From Octopus vulgaris (lineage: Eukaryota), in assembly GCA_951406725.2 (NCBI GenBank), contig OX597822.1:72354001-72418000 (forward strand): a stretch of 64,000 nucleotides of DNA, in the 5' to 3' direction. The notes under the pieces are model-generated. The model searched no databases and was not told the origin of the DNA. It saw only the letters and a program-made list of their open reading frames with translations. Position numbers and translations under genes: made by a program. Of this stretch, positions 53,343 to 64,000 are shown piece by piece; the stretch's first letter is position 1, and each line of letters starts with the position of its first letter.

Positions 53343-53833
53343 TGATAATGATTCTCCCTCTTTGTTTCTCTCTCCTTTCTCTCTACCTTTCCCACTCTCT
53401 TACTCTGCCTTTCTCTCGGACTCTTCCTCGCTTTCTCTTACTCTCTATCTATATCTCTCCCATTTATAAACAACAAAAGATCTTGAGTAAGTTGAGAAAG
53501 AAAGTAGTTTGAAAGATCAATCATAAATATCAGGCAGTGACAACAGAAAGGTCTGCTTCAAGGCAAAAAGCAAAACACTAACAGACGAACTTGCAAGCTG
53601 AATAAAAATTAAAAAAATATTGGAAACCAAAGTTTGAAAGGATAGAATCTGAGGATAGTAGAGTCACCATGGCTGGCATTTCTTAAGGACGGACAGTAAC
53701 ATAGTGGCAGTTTAACGGCTGGCGTAAAATTTTGAACTTGATGTAAAAGAAAATGATTTTGATTTTTGATTTTGATTTTTCCAGTTTCAGCTAATGAGCT
53801 GTGGCCATGCTGGGGCACCGCCATATATATATA

Positions 53834-54050
53834 TATAAAAATTAAATTAGAGATAAAACCACTATTAGGCAAATCAAACAGTGAAAAACATAAACGAAAA
53901 CATAAAAATAAAAATATAATATACAAAATATATAAAATATAAAATTAAAAAATTTAAATTATTTAAATTTAAAATCAAAATTATTAATTTATATTTATAA
54001 TTAAAAAAAATTATATATATAACTATTAAAAAGTATTAAAAAGTTTAATA
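53834..54050 (+). repeat. Single arm of the 40144-40603 foldback family
   Basis: aaattaaattagagataaaaccactattaggcaaatcaaacagtgaaaaacataaac... similar over about 215 bp. Confidence 0.9.
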
Positions 54051-54099
54051 TACATATTTATATATAGAACACACACACACACACATATAAATTAACCCA

Positions 54100-54590
54100 A
54101 TAAATATCTGATTCATAATATTTGTTCTCATGATTGCGTGGTGGTGGTGGCGATGATAATTCTGTCTATGAATGCAGACAGACGTAGAGAGAGAGAGAGA
54201 GAGAGTGTGTGAAAGCGCTGTCGAAGGCGATGAGGGGGAGATATAGAACGCTGTTTGACGACGTTATAAAGAGAATGTGAAGGGGAGCTAGACGCTGTTA
54301 AACGACGTTATATATAGAAAGTGATGGGAAGGGAGGAAAGAGAGTGAGTGACGGAGGAAGACAGATACATAAAAGAATGAGAGTAGACTTGTCAAAGTGC
54401 GTTTTTGGCCCTAGCAACGACACCTTTTAAGATAGGGATTTCTGTCCACTGGCATCCTCACCTCATTTTACATGTTCCTGTAAATTTTGGAGTCAATCCG
54501 ACGGGATCTAGTAGCCTTTAATCCGTTCTCAATGTCCAAACCAGACAAACAAACAATCTTTTCGCATTTCAGATTTATAATATAGAGATA
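54100..54590 (+). mobile_element. Helentron/HINE-like 3' portion
   Basis: cctgtaaattttggagtcaatccgacggg...cagacaaacaaacaatcttttcgcatttcagatttataatatagagat resembles HINE/Lep1-type 3' ends. Confidence 0.55.
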
Positions 54591-54699
54591 TATACATACA
54601 TAGATAAATAGATATAGTACAAACACACGCATACACACACACACACGTATATGCATGTGTGCGTATTTACATATATATATATATATGTAAAAGTAAAAA

Positions 54700-55030
54700 A
54701 ATATACAAACGGGACAAGAACGTGAAACATTTAGAAGACGACACAAAAACCACGGACGGGACATTCGAAGCCCTCAATCATCAGTCAAGAACCGGATCAT
54801 CTTCGCAATTTCGGCTGATTAATCTTGAGATTGCTCCGATCTGGGCAGCCCCCAAGGGAAATCTAAGCATTAGATTCCTTGGAAGAAAGCCTCGAATGTA
54901 TACAAAACAAGGACGGAAAACGGACGATGTTACACGAATAAAAATACAAAAATACGTAAAAACAATAATGATAGCACGAATAAGAATACAAAATACGTAA
55001 AAGCAATAATGGTAAGGATAACAACAAAAC
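54700..55030. mobile_element. Probable Penelope-like terminal fragment
   Basis: caatcatcagtcaagaaccggatcatcttcgcaatttcggctgattaatcttgag; bounded by (TA)n and (TG)n. Confidence 0.45.
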
Positions 55031-55033
55031 CAG

Positions 55034-55068
<35 letters not shown>

Positions 55069-55719
55069 TGTGTGTGTGTGTGTGTGTATCCCCGCCATAC
55101 ATGCACATAACCGTTCGTTGGAAACTTAGAAAAAATATTTCAGTGCTACGGTAGTGATTAATAAAATTTTATTTTGGTCGAGTCCGTCTCTTGCTATTCT
55201 GGTCGAGTTCGTCTCTTGCTATTCGCCTCTACGTTCACAGGGTCATCAGACAAGTACCCTATGAACTGACAGTATTTGTCTAGTCACTGCAAAATCTTCA
55301 CTCATTATTGCTCTGTGCTTCACTAGCGAGGTCATGTTAGATAAAATTAATCAATGCTTATTAATTAAAATTTTGAGATTGTCTTCTTTGTCCTTTTTAA
55401 ACCAGAATTAGCCATTCAGATAATTGTTTTTATTCTCAAGATTACGGTCGTAATTTTAATGTATTTTTATTAGTTTTGGTCAGAAAGTGATTATTTAAAT
55501 GTTCTTGTCTCACTGCATGGAATATACTAGTGCCAACTGTGAATATGTTCAAACATACATACACATTGATACACACACACACACAGTATATATAATAGAA
55601 AAAAGTTTACAAGTTTAAAAATTTATTAATTTAAAATTAAAAAAATATTTCAAAAATTAAAAAGATATAAAAATTTATAAATATAAATTAAAAATTTTAA
55701 ATTTAAATAATTTAAATTT

Positions 55720-55860
55720 TAAATTTAAATAATTAAAATTAAAATTTTATATTTTATATATTTTGTATATTATATTAATTATTTTCATTTTTATGTTTTG
55801 GTTTATGTTTTTCACTGTTTGATTTGCCTAATAGTGGTCTTATCTCTAATTTAATTTATA
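55720..55860 (-). repeat. Partial arm of the same foldback family, inverted relative to 53834
   Basis: gtttttcactgtttgatttgcctaatagtggtcttatctctaatttaatttata. Confidence 0.88.
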
Positions 55861-56290
55861 TATATACGTATATATATAATACGATAATGTAATATAATGT
55901 AATATAATATAATATGGTCTGAATAAGGAAACAATGGAAAAGTTTAGCAAATCATTAATGTTTCGGTATTACTGTTTTTAATGTCGCTTTAGCGAAACTT
56001 TCATTTGGAAAGGTATGTGATATTCGGAGGCTGCATCTTCATCAGACTCTTACATTTTGCAACATCCAAGCGTTGAATATTGCGGGAAGAAACAAGAATA
56101 AAATGAAAATAAAAATTGTGAAATAGTACACAGAGCCTAGACAGTCATGTACATATATATAGAGGAGTTAATATCTCTAAAGGATAATTAAATCCAGAGT
56201 CGCTCCTGGCTATTAGCTGGGTAGGTACAGATTTTTGAAAGATTGCACGGTAGCAAGTGCTTTGGTTGGTAAACCGGGATTTAGGTTATA

Positions 56291-56472
56291 TAAGAGAAGA
56301 AAATGGATATAATAACAATGGGAAACTCATGGTTTACGCTGGCATGTCTTTAATTAAATAGGCAACAAAGAACTCATCTCTGCTTCTTACTTCAGTGTTA
56401 CCCATTTAATTAAAGACATGCCAGCGTAAACCATGAGTTTCCCATTGTTATTATATCCATTCTCTTCTCTTA
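56291..56472. mobile_element. MITE-like hairpin: 69-bp arms with one mismatch, 44-bp loop, TA at both ends
   Basis: 56291-56359 is the reverse complement of 56404-56472 except one A/G difference. Confidence 0.9.
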
Positions 56473-56482
56473 CTGAAATATA

Positions 56483-56518
<36 letters not shown>

Positions 56519-56719
56519 TGTATGTAGGTATGTATGTATGTGTGTATATCAGAAAATGGAGAAACATTTGATCAACAAACAAATTGGACCACATCGTTAG
56601 AATATTTTTTAATACAACACTTGACATAACATTTCTATTATATAACATTTCTTACGCCGGTTTCCGCTTCCAATGTTAGTCGGTGCTTACGAAAGAATTT
56701 CGAAAATAATATTCATCAT

Positions 56720-57600
56720 CTTCATTGCACATTCGATCTAATACATGGATCTTCATCAGAGTGAATACAAATGTGTAAAATAAAATAAACGAAGGGAAAA
56801 TGGAATACGAAAAAATAGGGCCTCGAGAAGAGGACAGAAGGCTCAAAATGGTAAAATGATACCATTTTGCTGCGTGGAGCTTTGAAGTCGAAAGGCAAAA
56901 GAATGGAACTAGCAGTGGTCTAAGGAAATATTTACGGGCTATTTCTATATAAAGGGGGAACCAAAGTATATGAATAGTAGTGAAATGAAGTTAGCACTAA
57001 AATGAGACAACAAGTACCAAAATGTCTAGAAAAAGAATGGTACTTATGATATCTTAAATAGAGCTAATTAATATTTATCCAAAAACAAAACCGTAGGGAT
57101 CTTATAATGGTGCACTTACTGAAATATTGTAGAGACCACCATCTGTTGTCCGCTATGGAATTGACCAAAGTCTATCCATCTCTACAATTGGTCAATTATA
57201 TTTGAACCAAGGGCAAAATTTCGATCGTTACAGGGGATACGTAAATATAGAAGAAAACGAATCAGTAAATAAAGGGTGCGGGGGAGAAGATTGTGATATA
57301 AGTGACACGAGATCGCTTATGGCCTTCTGCAACTTCTCAACATAACATAAATAAGAATAAAACGAATACATAGATAAATTACTGTCCGTCCAATTGCAGT
57401 AATTTTTTTGTAGTTAAGGGGAGGTAACTAGTACAAGAGGTGCCTACGAGAAGAATTATCTATAAACAATAATGCTGAATCTTACATCCAAGATAGCCAG
57501 TAAAATTCCAAGTGGTGGTAATAATTGACGAACTAGAAAATTAGTGCAAGCACCTAAGAAAATTCCGTCCCATAGGTACACGAAAGTGCGTAAGCACTTA
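56720..57600 (-). mobile_element. Decayed Penelope-like element (RT remnant and 3' end)
   Basis: Minus strand F*FVNYYHHLEFYW/LDV resembles PLE RT F.SF.NSFHP.LEFT...FLDV; ctgatgaagatccatgtattagatcgaa resembles the PLE 3' motif. Confidence 0.45.
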
Positions 57601-58001
57601 AACACAAACATATAAGCGATGATAAAAAATTAAAATTAAATCACATGCTAATTACTACCATGGTTACAAACTCCGTGTCCAAACACAGTTTACTAAATCT
57701 TACTTAATATGTATTACATTATCATAAAAGTTAGATTGTTCACATCAATAAAATCATTAACTTATTTTAACCCTTAAGAGAGTGCAGCCATATTGGGTCT
57801 ACGACAGGTTACACTTTCAATCATAAAGAGCAAACCCAAGTGTACAAATATCTCCTGGGAAGTCATCTACTGCAGTGTCAAAGTACAGAGCAATATAATC
57901 AAAAGTGGGGAAAAGCAGCATTGAGTTCATTAAATTAAATATTACAGAAGTGGGTGGTACTGTTGTTCCTAAGTGGGTAGGACTAGTAGGGTCGATTTTA
58001 A

Positions 58002-58221
58002 CCCTTTAGCATTCAGATTATTCTGTTAAATATAATATTTATTTCTTCACATTCTTTTGAATTAATCATGCATTGTCTTGTAACTTTGAGATTTCAATGA
58101 AGCGATTGTTTGCTTTTAGTATGACAGTGTATGAGAGCTGTTAGAAACTGGATTTGGCCAATTTGAACATAAAACATGTAGAATATTTTAGCCGGATATG
58201 GCCGGTTTAAATGCTAAAGGG
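58002..58221. mobile_element. piggyBac-type MITE with TTAA TSD
   Basis: ttaa|ccctttagcatt ... aatgctaaaggg|ttaa. Confidence 0.9.
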
Positions 58222-58999
58222 TTAAGTGAGGGTTGACCAACATGCTGGTAAATAAGTCCAAATTACAAGTGTAATGTTCTTCATGATAAAATTATTTTAG
58301 CATTTTCTTCCTTGTCTTATTTTCCTTATACATATCGACTCGTGTGTTCCTTTTCAACATTACATGTGTGTGTGTGTGTGTGTGTGCATGTGTGTATGTG
58401 TATGTGCGTGTGTGTGTATGTACATATAATGCACAACAGCAAAGATCAAAGCTCTTATGATTTACGTTTCGTAGTTTAATAACAAGCGGGCCTAACAGTG
58501 GTCGTGATAAGAATGCAAAAACATTCTTCTGATTCATTTGTCGTGTGCAAAATGCGTGTGTGCATGTGTCTGTCTGTGAGTGTGTGTGTGCGTATGTTTG
58601 TGTGTTAATGTAGAGAGGTTGAACTTCACGATTCTGGTTTCGATCTCACAGGGATCCCACAGCAATCTGGAAGCGATCTCACGGCGTTAATTCCCAGCCG
58701 AACATCGTTTCCCAGAGCCTCGGGTCAACAGAAACATTCTCAGGGTAAATGGGTTGACAAAACTGTAAATGGGTTTACACACGGCTTCGCTGATGGAGGG
58801 ATTATATGTATTATTTTCCTTGCATGGGTATATCCCAATAAATACAGTGGAAGGTCCGCTAATATAAACACAAATACACAAACTCGTATAATCTCACCCA
58901 ACATATTAGTACTTATGCACTCACACATAATTCTCAACTGCTATTCCTCCTATGTTCCGCACCGCTGTTGTGCTCTCCTCTCTTCCTTCTCTCTTAATA

Positions 59000-59438
<439 letters not shown>

Positions 59439-59607
59439 TGTCTTTCTGTTGTAACAAAATGGCTTTTCCGTTTTCGTTTCTGTTGAGTTTTACGTCCTTT
59501 TGTGGTGTCCTGTACGTATATATATATTTTATATGCATGTATATATACATGTAGATGTCGGTACGTACATATATGTTTGTATGTATGCATATATTTTATT
59601 TATTACG

Positions 59608-59666
<59 letters not shown>

Positions 59667-60129
59667 GTATAGATAGATATATGGAAAGCTGGGTGGATGG
59701 ATGGATAGATAGACAGTTGGATGCGTACTCGTGGTGGTAATGGACCATTATTTATCATTATACAACTTGCGATGATGAAAAACAATGCAACTGTATGCTA
59801 TTCACTTGTAGATTCCAGTCTATAACATGAAAGAGTTTTAATATCATCTGAAATCGAAGAATACTATTTTGTTGTATTCCTTTGATGTGGTCACTGTAAT
59901 TACCACTGCATCTGCTGCTGTTACTGTTGCTACTGTAATTGCAGTTTTTGCGGTCATTAGAGAAGCCATTATTGCCGTTGCTAAGGTTGATGTTCTTAAA
60001 AGCTGCTTTACGATACAATCTGTTAATCGAGAAACAGGCCCAATTAAGACTAATTTAGTCTACTTTTAAGAAAATTCATAGTTGTACATTGTTGTGATGT
60101 ATACGTGCTTATATCTGTCTGTCTGTCTG

Positions 60130-60138
60130 TTTGTCGAT

Positions 60139-60223
<85 letters not shown>

Positions 60224-60394
60224 ATCCTATCTATCTACCTAATTATCTATATAAATAAATATAAATATGTATGCATATTTGAACGTTTATATACTTTATA
60301 CACACACACACACTTATATATACTACATATATATTACATATATACTTATTACATATATGTATATTACATAGATATAATATATATGTTGGATTAC

Positions 60395-60455
<61 letters not shown>

Positions 60456-60696
60456 TATATATATGTTATATATATATGTTCTACATATATTACATATATA
60501 TAGTATATATATTATATATATATATACTATATATGTTATACATATATTACATATATATAGTATATATATTATGTATATATACTATATGTTATATATATAT
60601 ATATATATATACATACATATATATATATATATATTATATATATATAATTCATATATATTATATATGTTATATATATATATCTATATATTATATATA
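60130..60696. repeat. (CTAT)n and degenerate (TA)n tract
   Basis: Direct reading. Confidence 0.95.
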
Positions 60697-60900
60697 CATG
60701 ACCTCGTGTGTACCGTTGGCGATTTCTTTCCCCAACTTCCCTTCTCTGGATCTTTCCTTCTCCTATGTTTCCGACGAATAGCTCCGCTCGAAACGTTAAA
60801 CCCTCCTTCTTTCCTTCTTTTCTGAGCATCCAATAATACTATATTTGTTCCACGTCCTCGCGTTGTTGTGTTTTTGTGTGCTTACTTGTTTGGATTATCA
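60697..60900 (+). mobile_element. Penelope-like terminal fragment
   Basis: tttccgacgaatagctccgctcgaaacgttaaacc matches the PLE-type CTGA.GAAG....CGAAACG end; second copy at 37935-38010. Confidence 0.6.
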
Positions 60901-60906
60901 ATATAT

Positions 60907-60944
<38 letters not shown>

Positions 60945-61217
60945 ATATATATATATACATACAAATATTTTACATATATATACATTATATATATATTACA
61001 TATATATATATCATATATAACACACACACACACACACACACATATTATATATTCATGTACTATTCTTTCCATTAGCACATATATAAATAGTTTCCTACGC
61101 ATATTTGCTGTTCGTTTACTCTTTCCATGCACACACACACACACACACGCACAAACACACACACAGAGTTATACATGCTCACTCGCACACATTCATATAT
61201 AGTTGTGTGTTTCCTAT

Positions 61218-61569
<352 letters not shown>

Positions 61570-61933
61570 AGTGTGTGTGTGTGTACGTATAGTTGTCGAA
61601 TTGTGGCGGTAAGCATTCCCCTATTTTTCTAAGAATCACTTATTTACATAATAAAATGAATACTCTTTACCATAATGGGATAATTATCAGAGGGAATGCA
61701 AAAGGCAGTGTTAGACAATGAAAACAGAGGTAGCGTAAAAATAGAAAGATATTAATAAAAGATTCCGGCATCTTTTTGATATCAAATTCGCCAATATGTT
61801 GGACACTAGTTCTAAAATTCGTTAATCAATCATAAAATACATTATATTAAATACCAGATTTCCTCTATTATACGCCCATTTAGTTTCTTGAAGTCGGTAT
61901 ATAGCCAAGAAATTATTAAGAGATAACCCGTAG

Positions 61934-61981
<48 letters not shown>

Positions 61982-62299
61982 ATGTGCATGCACACATAAC
62001 CAAGAAACATATTTCGCATTATATATATTTGACGATTCTAGGTTTTATTACGTGTTAATCGTTTAGTTTTCAGCTTGCTGCATCATAAACCATAATGGCT
62101 ATTGTTTCCGATGCAGCCTGGATAATTTCAATATCTTTGATAATTCAATGGCGGTGTTTTGATTAAACAGCTAAACATTCTCACGCTGCTGCTTATATTG
62201 AAGCTAGCGACAGTAGCTTTCCTTTCTAAAAACAAGCCTCCGAGCTTAGAGAAAACAAATTGGAATTTTGTTGACACAATGGAAGCACTATATGGAATA

Positions 62300-62926
<627 letters not shown>

Positions 62927-63606
62927 AAACACATTCATAGACATGCATACACAGTCTTGCACATATACATAACTATATGCGGCCTCTCTTTTCTCTCTAT
63001 TCCTGAACTACCAATGTTGTATGAAGAAAAACAATGAAAAATTACCGCAAATTCCCTTCATACTGTAATTAATTTCATCTGTAATTTTATAATAAATGTT
63101 TATCTTCACATTGTATCTAATTAATTAGGTACAGTTTAAACCATACTGAAGATTTCTAAAAAGAATGACAATGTCTACACATAACTATATCTATCGACTA
63201 GAAATTGTTAGAACTTGGTATGTGAACACTATGTATCTTCTTCCGCGTATTCCTTAATTTCAAACTAAAATTTCTGTCCCCTCTTTGTGTTGTGCAGAGA
63301 TGGTTACCCACTTGTATTTTACAGTCATAACCAGAGGACATCACACACACACGCACACGCACACACACATACAGTAGCGCAGATCCTGATAGGGTAGAAA
63401 GCCAGTGTATTTCTAATGCAGCGCACATCCAAATATCCTGGCTATCTATACTCTCATAGCGGTTTTCGAAAAAAAAAAATATTGAAAGCCCACTGGTGTA
63501 AGTACTCCAGGTATTTCACTGAATAGAAACTCCAGGGATTTTGTTTTACACCGCATAGATGTACAAAGTGAGTACGAAAAAGTAATTCTTTCAGCAATCT
63601 GTGCTC

Positions 63607-64000
63607 TTTTACTCTTTTACTTGTTTCAGTCATTTGATTGTAGCCATGCTGGAGCACCGCCTTTTGTAAGCCTAGTACTTATTCTATCGGTTTCTTTTAC
63701 CGAACCGCTAAGTTACAGGGACGTAAACACACCAGCATCGGTTGTCAAGTGATGTTGGGGAGACAAGCACAGACACACAAACTTATACACACACATACAT
63801 ACATGCGTACACACATGCATACATACATACATACATACATACATACATACATACATACATACATACATACATACATACATACACACACATACACACACAC
63901 ACACTCACACATACACACACACATATATATATATATATACATATATACGACGGGCTTCTTTCAGTTTCCGTCTACCAAATCCACTCCCAAGGCTTTGGTC
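63607..64000 (-). mobile_element. SINE family A, cut by the window edge
   Basis: Tail and body homology; internal (TACA)n. Confidence 0.9.

Overview
AT-rich, microsatellite-saturated animal genomic DNA. It is most likely intronic or intergenic sequence from an octopus (coleoid cephalopod), judged from tRNA-headed SINE families that I recognise from memory as octopus-type; this was not checked against a database. I find no confidently supported host gene, tRNA/rRNA gene or CRISPR array. Nearly all ORFs in the supplied track are microsatellite artefacts or transposon fragments. The window holds five SINE head types (labelled A-E here, about 35 copies or units), about ten RTE-clade LINE fragments (one with an uninterrupted 281-codon ORF remnant), five R4/Dong-type non-LTR fragments, several Penelope-like ends, two mariner remnants, MITEs with TA, TTAA or 8-bp TSDs, Helentron/HINE-like ends and a 460-bp AT-rich foldback. 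Most notable: (1) (TAA)n islands where R4/Dong inserts all lie on + and SINE-B inserts all lie on -; (2) SINE-B multimers built from a fixed 184-bp GT...AG unit whose junction creates a 25-nt splice-site-flanked segment; (3) a 59-bp Dong endonuclease fragment between two copies of a 154-bp flank; (4) several near-perfect hairpins; (5) odd 5' junctions on RTE insertions. Coordinates of decayed elements are approximate and were read by eye.
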